Part shown: positions 13,140-25,700 of the stretch, in pieces
Position numbering within the stretch: the first letter of the stretch is position 1
How the letters are laid out: every line of letters begins with the position of its first letter
Assembly (NCBI RefSeq): GCF_902459465.1
Contig: NC_047074.1
Coordinates: 13,330,001 to 13,394,000, forward strand
Length of the DNA stretch: 64,000 bases
Reading direction: 5' to 3'
Source: Asterias rubens
Lineage: Eukaryota
Translations under genes and position numbers: made by a program
The notes under the pieces: model-generated
What the model saw: only the letters and a program-made list of their open reading frames with translations
The model's database searches: none
What the model was told of the DNA's origin: nothing

Positions 13140-13450
13140 ACACAACTTTTTTTCCTTTTTGTATGCAAGTCGCCAGACACACAAGCCCTGAAGGCCACTT
13201 CAAGGTGTGGGCTACAATTATTTTTGTCCAGAGGACGTTGCCACCTGCTCCTAGGGCTGAAACGGGGTTACCCCTTTTACAGTCCATACGGATGTAGGCT
13301 TCAGTCAGTCTGAAGCCTGGCCGGTAGAGCAGAAAGCACTACCTCCCCAATTTTACGTAGCAAGTGTCACGACCGGGATTCGAACGTACGCTCTGCTGAT
13401 CAAACACTAGAGCTTGAATCAGGTGCTCTTAACCGCTCGGCCGTGACACA
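13140..13450 (-). mobile_element. tRNA-derived SINE
   Basis: Minus strand starts GTGTCACGGCCGAGCGGTTAAG (A-box-like) ... GTTCGAATCCCGG (B box) followed by a non-tRNA body; absent from the homologous spacer after copy 1 (~7500). Related SINE-like copies at ~39100-39290 (+), ~45770-45870 (-) and ~50460-50700 (-). Confidence 0.7.
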
Positions 13451-13745
13451 TTTTAACTGAAAAGTTTGTCGTAGTCGTAGGGTATGTAGGTGTCTTTAAT
13501 AATTACATCAAAAACCCTGACGTAAATAAACAGCTTTACAATTATTTACGCACTACATTTACGACCCTTGCCACACTGCCCACGGGTTACCTCAATCCTC
13601 CACTCCTATACCTTTTCACACCAAAATGTTTCAGATATTTTTCTCTGGATGTACCGTCCCCAATCGTCACAATCCTTCATCTTTTCACGATTTTAAACTC
13701 ACGAAGGACTTGCATAAAAATGTCTCTTTTTATCCTATCCCAAAC

Positions 13746-16700
13746 TTATTTTGACAATGGGAGATATCTTATTGCGGGAGTTCTGCCCTTGTCGCAAAGA
13801 AGATCCTCGGGTTTGGTCTTTTTCGGTGACGGCTACAAAAGAAGAAGAGAGAAGAAAAAACAGGTGTCAGATTTAACAGGTAAACCAAATGCCCTGTCTA
13901 TCACGGGAAAGCTTCATTAAAAAGAGGCTAGAATAAAACATCCTTTTCAATTGACAACTCACACCTGTTATGTCCATGTAATTCCTTTTTCAAACAGTGG
14001 ACTTAAATGGATAATGCACAAACCGGTAGGCTGCTGACAAACCAAGGCAGAGTAACTGATTATCCATTAAGTTTAATCAACCAAAAAGTAATTCATAGTA
14101 AACTTTCTTACCCTTTCTCTTCGTTCTGTAAGTTTGGCATACTCTGTCGCATAAAACTGAAAGACTTCCTCGCAGTCTTTGCGAATCTCGTGTCCTACAG
14201 GATTGTACTGGATGCAGTTGTTATGAACCAACATCATGTCGACATGGAAACCCGAAAAATCATCATACTGGCCACTCTGAAAGCAAAGTGTGTTTTTGTG
14301 ATTTAAAACAAATGATGAAAAGAAGAAAAAACCTGAAACATGGCAATAAACAAACTGGCACTACTTCAATTTATCCGAACAGATTAGAACAATAATTTTT
14401 ACCATTGTGGCCTCAATGGTCAGAAACACCCACAGAGAATAACCGTTTCTAAAATTAATATAAAAATAAAAAAATTTATATTCTAAATATTTCCTACAAT
14501 ATTCATAGTTTGTAACAAATAATTACCGTATATTTCCATTCAAGAAGTTCATTACCATCGTGCAAAATACACACTGCTCTAAACATTATGACAGAACCCA
14601 AGCCAAGGCAAAAGCCAACTCCCACGTTCAGAAAAGGTCCTTTGAGTCGGACAAGGGATAAGCAAGGTGTCTGCTCAATATTGAAGGGAGGTCTAATATT
14701 GTTAAAGTTTTACTAAGTGCACTTATCCACAAAAAGGTGCTCTGTTATAAAGTAAGAGAGAAAAAAAGAAAAAAAACGTGAAGAAAATTCAGTTTAAGAC
14801 TTTTTAATTACCTCCAGTTTCCTCTTGACTGTACCAAAATCCATGGGAGTCTTTATAACTCGATTATAACCAGGCGCTTCAGCAGCTGCAACTATAAGAC
14901 ATCAGAAGAAGAAGAATAACTAGCCATACGGTACAGGTTTTAACACCTGTTCAAACATTGAGTTAGTATTTCATGCAGTGTAAAGATAACTCAGTAATTT
15001 TGTGTGCGAAGAAGTCTTTCAGATGTAGTTATTTTCGTACTTTTCGTAGATATAACAGACTTTCTAGAGTCCGCAGGAATACATTTTCTAGTAAGAATAA
15101 TAAACATTATATCTCTTATGAGAGTAATTATGGGTAAAATTGTTCTATAGAAATTTGGCTAATCTGCAAACATAAATTTGATCTCAGGTTATGGGTTTTT
15201 TGGTGTCATTTTAATTATTTCTAGTTTGACACCTGACACAGTTTGACACACGTCATCATGACATCCTGATTTAGTTGCATCTTCATCATGTTAAGGCTCA
15301 GTTACATCTTAGCTTCAAGGCTCGTTTCCGTTTCATTTTCTGTTAAATTTATTTGACAAAATGTTCAATAAAATCGCAAAAAATCAGTAATGAAAATCAT
15401 TTTGATATCCAAAACTTGCAACGGAGTGAATTCTTTACCTGGTCTTGTAAACCATGAGGCAGCATTCAAGTCCCCCTTGGATCGATTGGCACCTCGGAAT
15501 CGCATCACACGCTGAAGCAAACTAACAAATCAATCAAGAACTAAAAATCAATTAAGAATTGGTAGTTGATCAAGAACTGATAATCAATCAAGAATTGGTA
15601 GATGACCAAGAACTATTAATCAATCAAGAATTGGAAGATGATCAAGAACTGATAATCAATCAAGAATTGGTAGATAATCAAGAACTGATAATCAATCAAG
15701 AACTAACAATAAATCATGAAGTGTTTTTCAATAATTAATAATCAATCAAAGGTAATCAATCACCGATGATCAATCAAGAACTAATAATCAACCAATAAAA
15801 AATTAATAATTAACCAAGACTAAATAAACATATTTAAGAATTCTATGGTATCATCATCTAACAGTAAACCAATAATCAGTTAAAATTGGAAAATTAAACA
15901 ATTTGAAGTATTAAGTAGTAAATCAAGTTGCAACCTAAAAAATAATCATACAAATATTTCAGTTAACAACAATCTTTCAAATTATTTGTGCGGACGAAGT
16001 TCAATCAAATAATTCCTCCGTTAATAATCAATCAAACAAATCAATCACACATTTCAGCAAACAATCGACAATTTCAGTGGATAGTACTACAATCAAACAT
16101 TTTAATGAGTAATAGTCAAACATTCTAGAGGGAAAAAATTGATCAAGCATTTCAATGAAAAAAAAACAATCAAACAGTGGACAAGGATCAATAAAATGTG
16201 TCAATAATCAAACATTTCAATGGACACTAATAAATCAAATACTTCATTGAAGAAATAATCAAAGAAAAGTGTCCGTGGACATCAATCAATCACACATTTT
16301 AGGTGTCAATAGTCAATCACACATTTCTTTTGTCATTAAGCAATTTTGCATTTTGATGGTCAATAATCAATTATCATGTCAATGGACAATAATAATCAAT
16401 AACAATCAATCATTTCAGAGGACAATCATCAACCAAACATTTTTCAAACATCTTCGAAATAATTTTTAGTCCAACGCCTTACTTGAAAGCAGCTCTTGCC
16501 CAACTGGACATGCTGGTGGGTCCGGGCTCATCGTCTATCGGAGCTGGTGCCTTCCGCTTACGACTACTAATCCTGACGTTAAGAGAGTCACTGGTACCCC
16601 GCTCCTCTGATCCTGAACCAGTAGTGACCGTGTAACCACCATCTAAAATAATAATAATAATAATAGTGGCTTCTTTATAATGCATAAAATAATCTGTGAA

Positions 16701-19700
16701 AAATTGGGCTTAATTGGTCATCGAAGTTCGGGAAAATAATGAAACAGAAAACACCCTTGTTACACAGAATTCTCTTCAATCCGCTGCATCTAAATCATTT
16801 TCCTTAGCCGCTCCAGGACTGTGGAACCATCTTCCCATCACAATACGCACCTCAATTTCACTGCCTATTTTCAAGAAAGCACTTAAAAAACATCTTTTTC
16901 CTTAGTGTCTGTTTATTGCTTTATTGTTCATTTGTTGTATTATCTGCATTGCTATTGTTCGTTTAAAGCGCTATTGTCTAAATGAAATGGCGCTTTATAA
17001 AAAAAACCATTGTATTGTATTGTATTGTACTGTGCTTTGAGATGCTTGAGAACAGTTTCAAATCAAATATTTAGTGAGAAATTACCTCTTTCTCAAAAAC
17101 TGCATTACTTAAGAGGGAGTTGTTTCTCACAATGTTGAATAATATCAACAGCTCTCTGTTGCTCGTTACCATACAAAAATATACTTGAGTTATTACCAAA
17201 TGTGTCAAACCGTCGATTTCACCAAACTCTTCCTAACTTAGGATTAATCTTAGGAGTTATGACGAGTGAAGTTTCGTATCCAAAGGCATAGGACGCATTG
17301 AACCCATCCTAAGTTAGGACGGGTGACTCATCCTAACTTGAGATAGGATTAATCCTAGCGTGTTGTGAAATCGGCTGCAGTACCTTTACGCAGAAAGTAT
17401 AGCTGAACAATTTTCTGCTTGGCAGAATTTAGCAAAATACCAGTTACAAATGTCTTATTTCTGATCCCCACCTTGTATTTTGACGGGGCTGGTATCTGGA
17501 CTTGTTAATAGTTGTTTCTCCTCATCGTCCTCTTCATCTTGGAGTCTCTGACTAGTAAAGTCTTCAAGCTTCATCTGGGAGATATCGACGGACCCGGATT
17601 CCATCACCACGCTAGCAGCCGCCTTCTGACCAGAGGATGAGATCGGTTCAAAGGTCTGTCAATCATAAAAAAGAGATGTGGCGCCATAAAAAAAAACGCT
17701 TCAAAGAAATTAAGCAAAGCTTTCAAGCAAAATGTTTATCCAACAGAGTTATGACGTCATCATATACGCCTCAAATAAATTTTCACAAAGCTGTTAAGAA
17801 AAAGAAAAACAATCCATCGGGCAACATTTTGTATGTCTACTTACTGCCAAATTCTGCACTTACGAACACCATTCTCCCCTTATTATACTGTGCTAGAGCC
17901 AAATTCCGCGCTAGCTGTGTAAGCAAAGAATGCCTAGTAACATCAGCTGAACGAAAATGGAGAGCTATAATGAAGGAAGTTTAAGTGTAGACTTGGGAGG
18001 AAAACCTTAGAGCATTAATCCAGGGAAAATCCCTGCAGTCAAGAATGAACTGAAAACCCAATCCACCTAGTGCGCCCGGCACCTCGACCACCCGAGTCAA
18101 TTGTACTCACTGTCTGACTTCTCCAAGACGGTCCTCCAAGTTGGGGTATGGCAACCTCAGCAACTGCTTTCTCCGACAAACGAATACCTTCTCGCTTCTC
18201 ACTTGACAATTCCAAAACTTTTCCAGCTGTAACCTGAGCGGAATCTGCAGCCTGCTGAGGGCCAGTGGCTTCAGATGGCTTCTGACTGTCACTTGGAGTC
18301 TTCCCCCTACCACTACGGCCGCCGACCGCTCCATCTTCTAGACCCTCACTCTCAAGGAACTGTTCGAACTGATCAACAAACGACGATACATCCTCCGACG
18401 ACAGATTGACCCTTTCAGTCACAACACCTTGTTCCTCCACTGTCATGTCCTTCCCTCCGTCCCCCGATCGTTCTTGTTGGACCTTTTTATGGATGGTGAC
18501 ATCAGAGAGACCTGCTGGACTGACGGTTCTGTCGCCAGGTTGTGGGCTGCGGGACTCGATTCGCTTCGCTAAAAGAGCTTTATTTTGTTCCTGAAGAGCC
18601 TTCTCAACTTCCATAGTGGCTGTTTGGAGAAAGGACGTAGATGGGGCAGACTTTCCTAAAAAAAATAAATTGAAAACAATATTTTATAAATGTGATCAGA
18701 TAGTAAAATAATATAATTCTTCCAAACAACAGGCTCCGTGCTGTCAGCATTATCCCGGAAGTCAGATATCTTCCAACCTTTCCATATTGAAGGCAAAGTG
18801 CACCTTTGGTTTTGGAACTGTTCAATTGTTTAAATCATATATAAATGCAGATGTATACTAAAGCTGCTTTTTAACTTTTGTTTGCCAATTAACTTTAAGA
18901 GTGATTACTCAACGTAAACTTTCCTTTAACATTTCTTTACTTCAGAAGGAACATGGGCAGGTTTCAAATGCCTTAGCTAAAAGGTTTTTTTTCCCCTCAC
19001 GTTTTTAGCTTTTGTTTCTAGATTAAGCGCATTGAGTAATGTGGGATTCACAATGTGCTTTATAAATGCCGTTTATTATTATTATTCTCATCATTGTTGG
19101 CTTCATCATGTCTGTCTTTGTTCTAATTGTCTGTCCGTTCGTTCTTGTCCCCGTTTATTGTCTGTCCCCAGGCATCCCTACATAAGCCTCCGCTTCAAGA
19201 TGATGCCTCCATACCCTATTTAAATATTTTTCTCTGCCTCATTAAATAGCTTCGCTTATTGGTTATTCCTTTAAAAAAAAAAAACTTTAAGTTCTATTTT
19301 CATGAAGTATGGAAATAAATATAAGTTTGAATGAATGAATTTATAATTAAGCATTAATCAAATCTGTTTCCATTCGATACCTGATTTAACTGAAGTTAAA
19401 GCTCTCTTGAGTTTTCTCTGCATGTTGGACAGTAACTGCGACGCCCCTTCCATCTGCATTCCTCCTCCGGCAGTGGAGAGTTCATATTGAGACACTCTGG
19501 GCATAACAGGTGAAGTCTGTGAGATTCTTGAAGGAGCGGGATTTGAGGATTGAGACGGAGAGGGAGACGGGGAGTAGGAGATTCTGGTGATGGATGGGGA
19601 TGAGGCGGAGGATGCCATTTGGGTAAGATCAATCGTCTGACGGCTTACATCTGTTGGTTAGAAAAACAAGTCAACAAATAGGAATATAGTCTTTAAGGGA

Positions 19701-22700
19701 AAATATACCTTTGGTTTTTGGAACCGTTTGATCGCTTTAGTTCTATTTAAAAATAGATAAATACAATACAACTGCCTGCTTCTTGAAGTGCCATCACCAA
19801 GGAGCTCTGGAATCACAGTTTGGTCTTGAAGTCTTGTGCTCTTTCACGGACCTGCAAACTTTTTTTATCAAAAGGTGGTCATGTTTTTGAGGTATCATCG
19901 AAAATCCAGAGCGGTTACGTCCACGCAAGAAGAATAATCCATTATTGGTATACACAATCTGAGAAAAATATCCGACAGTTACCCCTCTCAAATTGAGACA
20001 ACTGCTACATCAGTGGTTTTCTAACTGTTGTTCATTTGAATGGACACGCAAACAAATGTGTACCCATGATTCTGGCTGTGCGCATATCCAAACAGACACC
20101 TAGCCGTAGCCAATAGCTGCAGCCAAACAATAGCCTGGTCTTTGTCTTACCTGGGTGTGATCTAAACTCTAGTAACGCTTTAATGGCTGAGGAGGCAGAG
20201 TCAGGTGGCGCTCCATCGTAATCGATCCATTCACTATTGGGATGGAGCCCTCGCTTGACGCTTCCAGCAAACTCTAAAAACACAACAATAGACAAGACAG
20301 TTTATTGAAAATGGCAATTGCCAGAACCTTTATCCTCTGGCAGGTTAACAGGTTAACCTCCGCTCAAGTCTGAATATTAAGTTTACAAACTATTAAAATC
20401 AAGTAAAAAGTCACAAGCACTACTACTTATAAAAATACTAGATCAAGGCGCTGTGAACATTTGAGTTAGAATTGCTACACAGTTCTGTTTTGAGCAATTT
20501 CTTGAATGTAGCAGCGGAGGTAGAAGAGCAGATAATGTGGGGAAGATCGGTTCAAAGGCGGGGAACAATATAACCAAAAGAGCCTTGGCCAATAGATTTG
20601 GAGCAGGGAGTAGCATTCAAGGTGAGTGGGTTCATGAAATGATCGTAGTCTACTGTCCCGGTGATAGAATGATATGAGCCTAGAAAGACAAGATGGAGCC
20701 TGGGAGTTGATGGATTGCCAGATGATCAGGAAAGTAAATCAATAAATATAAAACTTCAAACGCCAATTTGTTTTACCTTCTTTGCTAGGTACCTCATCCA
20801 ACGAGCCTGGAGGTTTACTGCTCTGCAAGGCGTTTGGAGATATTGATGCCACTTGCCGTCTCTATACCAAACAAACGAGAAAGAGAATGACCGTTATCGA
20901 TGGACATCAAATGACCTTTGCATTCGATGAACCCAAATTCAGCTTCATTAGTCGACTAGTGTTTGAGAAAAAAAAAGTGAAAATAACAGAGGGGAGACTC
21001 AAATAAAGTTCCGGGAGTCACAACAAAAAATAATGACTTTTTTTTACTCATTTCGTAACAAACTACAGCAGCTCAGCAAGCATTATTTTAAAGGAAAGCT
21101 TTCTACCATCATTATCTATTAATCGTGTAAGTTTAATGTAAGTCTGTGGACGTTTGTGTTTTTGTGTTGTACAAAAAGTACCCAAACCCTTTAAAAACAC
21201 TAACTTTTCCATTTTTTTTTCAACAAGGATTCCTACCTGATTGGGCTGATTGCCGCTCGTCCTTATTGTTATCGGGCTTCTCATTCGCTTTGGTGATTTC
21301 ACCGTCGTTGTCATGGTAATATTACCATCGGTACTCTGTAATGTTGGAAAGCGAATACTCGAGGCCGACAAATTAGAGGCAGTTGTTGTTGAAGTTACGC
21401 CAGTTACCATGGCGATCCTGGGTCGCTGCAAGAGTGAGCTGGTCATGATATTGTGCACCTGCCAAAAAAAAATTTATGTTGAAAAAAATGTTTAACGATT
21501 ATAAACCAAACTCAAAGGAATGGTATACGTTTGATAATCACTCTTAAAATTTATGGCAAAAAAAACTTAATAGTACTGCAGCTTTCGATAGAACCATTTC
21601 ACTTTAAAGGGTCTATGAAACTTTTGTAGGAAATAAAACACAATGTCCACAGATTTACACTAAACTTACACAGTTTGAAGATAATGATAGTGGAAAGGTT
21701 CCCTGAAAATATTACAAGCTGAGGTGCTGTAGCTTTTGGGGAAATGAGTAAAACAATGTAATGAAAATTATTTTCGTCTCATGAGACGAAAAATTATTTT
21801 AATCATTTACAAACATATTTTCATGACATTGTTTTACTCATTTCTCAAAAAACTACAGCACCTCAGTAAGTAAGATTTGAAGGGAAGCTTTCCAATATCA
21901 TTATCTTCAAACCCTGTAAGTTTAATGTAAATCTATGGACATTTTGAAAAAGTACCCAAATCCTTTAAAGTAAAGTGCTATGGAAAGAATGAGCACTTTT
22001 TATTCCCCAAAGTTTGAATCTGAGAAGCACTACTGTCAGATCCGTGAACGCCGCTCAAGCTTGCTGGGCACTGTGTCCGCCCCACGGAGCTTGCCGCTTG
22101 CCCAACCATCCTCTGGGAGCCTACACAAGGCAAACACTACTGTCAGATCCGTGAACGCCGCTCAAGCTTGCTGGGCACTGTGTCCGCCCCACGGAGCTTG
22201 CCGCTTGCCCAACCATCCTCTGGGAGCCTACACAAGGCAAACACTACTGTCAGATCCGTGAACGCCGCTCAAGCTTGCTGGGCACTGTGTTCGCCCCACG
22301 GAGCTTGCCGCTTGCCCAACCATCCTCTGGGAGCCTACACAAGGCAAACACTACTGTCAGATCCGTGAACGCCGCTCAAGCTTGCTGGGCACTGTGTCCG
22401 CCCCACGGAGCTTGCCGCTTGCCCAACCATCCTCTGGGAGCCTACACAAGGCAAACACTACTGTCAGATCCGTGAACGCCGCTCAAGCTTGCTGGGCACT
22501 GTGTCCGCCCCACGGAGCTTGCCGCTTGCCCAACCATCCTCTGGGAGCCTACACAAGGCAAACACTACTGTCAGATCCGTGAACGCCGCTCAAGCTTGCT
22601 GGGCACTGTGTCCGCCCCACGGAGCTTGCCGCTTGCCCAACCATCCTCTGGGAGCCTACACAAGGCAAACACTACTGTCAGATCCGTGAACGCCGCTCAA

Positions 22701-25700
22701 GCTTGCTGGGCACTGTGTCCGCCCCACGGAGCTTGCCGCTTGCCCAACCATCCTCTGGGAGCCTACACAAGGCAAACACTACTGTCAGATCCGTGAACGC
22801 CGCTCAAGCTTGCTGGGCACTGTGTCCGCCCCACGGAGCTTGCCGCTTGCCCAACCATCCTCTGGGAGCCTACACAAGGCAAACACTACTGTCAGATCCG
22901 TGAACGCCGCTCAAGCTTGCTGGGCACTGTGTCCGCCCCACGGAGCTTGCCGCTTGCCCAACCATCCTCTGGGAGCCTACACAAGGCAAAGCCTCTCGTG
23001 TGAGAAGATGTCTCTCCTTCCTAGACTCCCTGAAACGTGACACCGGCTTGGCCGAGATGTCTCTCCCTGAAACGTGACACCGGCTTGGCCGAGATGTCTC
23101 TCCCTGAAACGTGACACCGGCTTGGCCGAGATGTCTCTCCCTGAAACGTGACACCGGCTTGGCCGAGATGTCTCTCCCTGAAACGTGACACCGGCTTGGC
23201 CGAGATGTCTCTCCCTGAAACGTGACACCGGCTTGGCCGAGATGTCTCTCCCTGAAACGTGACACCGGCTTGGCCGAGATGTCTTTCCCTGAAACGTGTC
23301 ACCGGCTTGGCCGAGATGTCTCTCCCTGAAACGTGACACCGGCTTGGCCGAGATGTCTTTCCCTGAAACGTGACACCGGCTTGGCCGAGATGTCTCTCCC
23401 TGAAACGTGACACCGGCTTGGCCGAGATGTCTCTCCCTGAAACGTGACACCGGCTTGGCCGAGATGTCTCTCCCTGAAACGTGACACCGGCTTGGCCGAG
23501 ATGTCTTTCCCTGAAACGTGACACCGGCTTGGCCGAGATGTCTCTCCCTGAAACGTGACACCGGCTTGGCCGAGATGTCTCTCCCTGAAACGTGACACCG
23601 GCTTGGCCGAGATGTCTCTCCCTGAAACGTGACACCGGCTTGGCCGAGATGTCTCTCCCTGAAACGTGACACCGGCTTGGCCGAGATGTCTCTCCCTGAA
23701 ACGTGACACCGGCTTGGCCGAGATGTCTCTCCCTGAAACGTGACACCGGCTTGGCCGAGATGTCTCTCCCTGAAACGTGACACCGGCTTGGCCGAGATGT
23801 CTCTCCCTGAAACGTGACACCGGCTTGGCCGAGATGTCTCTCCCTGAAACGTGACACCGGCTTGGCCGAGATGTCTCTCCCTGAAACGTGACACCGGCTT
23901 GGCCGAGATGTCTCTCCCTGAAACGTGACACCGGCTTGGCCGAGATGTCTCTCCCTGAAACGTGACACCGGCTTGGCCGAGATGTCTCTCCCTGAAACGT
24001 GACACCGGCTTGGCCGAGATGTCTCTCCCTGAAACGTGACACCGGCTTGGCCGAGATGTCTCTCCCTGAAACGTGACACCGGCTTGGCCGAGATGTCTCT
24101 CCCTGAAACGTGACACCGGCTTGGCCGAGATGTCTCTCCCTGAAACGTGACACCGGCTTGGCCGAGATGTCTCTCCCTGAAACGTGACACCGGCTTGGCC
24201 GAGATGTCTCTCCCTGAAACGTGACACCGGCTTGGCCGAGATGTCTCTCCCTGAAACGTGACACCGGCTTGGCCGAGATGTCTCTCCCTGAAACGTGACA
24301 CCGGCTTGGCCGAGATGTCTCTCCCTGAAACGTGACACCGGCTTGGCCGAGATGTCTCTCCCTGAAACGTGACACCGGCTTGGCCGAGATGTCTCTCCCT
24401 GAAACGTGACACCGGCTTGGCCGAGATGTCTCTCCCTGAAACGTGACACCAGCTTGGCCGAGATGTCTCTCCCTAAACGTGACACCGGCTTGGCCGAGAT
24501 GTCTCTCCCTGAAACGTGACACCGGCTTGGCCGAGATGTCTCTCCCTGAAACGTGACACCGGCTTGGCCGAGATGTCTCTCCCTGAAACGTGACACCGGC
24601 TTGGCCGAGATGTCTCTCCCTGAAACGTGACACCGGCTTGGCCGAGATGTCTCTCCCTGAAACGTGACACCGGCTTGGCCGAGATGTCTCTCCCTGAAAC
24701 GTGACACCGGCTTGGCCGAGATGTCTCTCCCTGAAACGTGACACCGGCTTGGCCGAGATGTCTCTCCCTGAAACGTGACACCGGCTTGGCCGAGATGTCT
24801 CTCCCTGAAACGTGACACCGGCTTGGCCGAGATGTCTCTCCCTGAAACGTGACACCGGCTTGGCCGAGATGTCTCTCCCTGAAACGTGACACCGGCTTGG
24901 CCGAGATGTCTCTCCCTGAAACGTGACACCGGCTTGGCCGAGATGTCTCTCCCTGAAACGTGACACCGGCTTGGCCGAGATGTCTCTCCCTGAAACGTGA
25001 CACCGGCTTGGCCGAGATGTCTCTCCCTGAAACGTGACACCGGCTTGGCCGAGATGTCTCTCCCTGAAACGTGACACCGGCTTGGCCGAGATGTCTCTCC
25101 CTGAAACGTGACACCAGCTTGGCCGAGATGTCTCTCCCTAAAACGTGACACCGGCTTGGCCGAGATGTCTCTCCCTGAAACGTGACACCGGCTTGGCCGA
25201 GATGTCTCTCCCTGAAACGTGACACCGGCTTGGCCGAGATGTCTCTCCCTGAAACGTGACACCGGCTTGGCCAGCCCTGAAGAACTACGCTCCTGCATGC
25301 TGGACCGGAACATCTGGAGAGAAACCACTGGGCAGGCTCGAGCTTCCACATGGCGCTCGACTTGATGATGACTGTCAGATACAGTTCTCAGATTGTGTTT
25401 TCCAATTGAAGATTATTCTTCAATCAACAACATGACTGCTCCTGATTTTCAGTTATATTCCAAAAAGGCCTTTTGCGATGAAATTTTCACAGGTTAGTTT
25501 TATTGTATATCTACATTTGTACAGGACTAAAAAATCTGACAGTTCCACAAATCAAAGGTAAATGTTCCCCTTAAACAGCGATGACCCTGAATAGTTGTCA
25601 GTACTTACTGGTGAGTTTTTAGCTGACTCTGTGAGTTGAGCTGGAGATGGTTGAGGGTGTGCTTTGTGCATCATCACAACGCTTGTCTTACCAGTCATCT

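Noticed and set aside
20470-20720. Candidate EMSY exon in this intron
   Set aside because: It contains stops and matches a decayed LINE 3' end; the flanking exons already join in phase without it.
21980-23040. Series of identical 66-aa ORFs
   Set aside because: These are translations of the 107-bp repeat; the meaningful frame is the LINE ORF2 remnant.
22028-25272. CRISPR-like appearance of the arrays
   Set aside because: The units are contiguous with no unique spacers, there are no cas genes, and the context is eukaryotic.
22870-25351. Long minus-strand ORFs (790, 592, 463 and 292 aa)
   Set aside because: They are stop-free readings of the 37-bp repeat (three units give a 37-aa period), present in several frames and lying in an EMSY intron.
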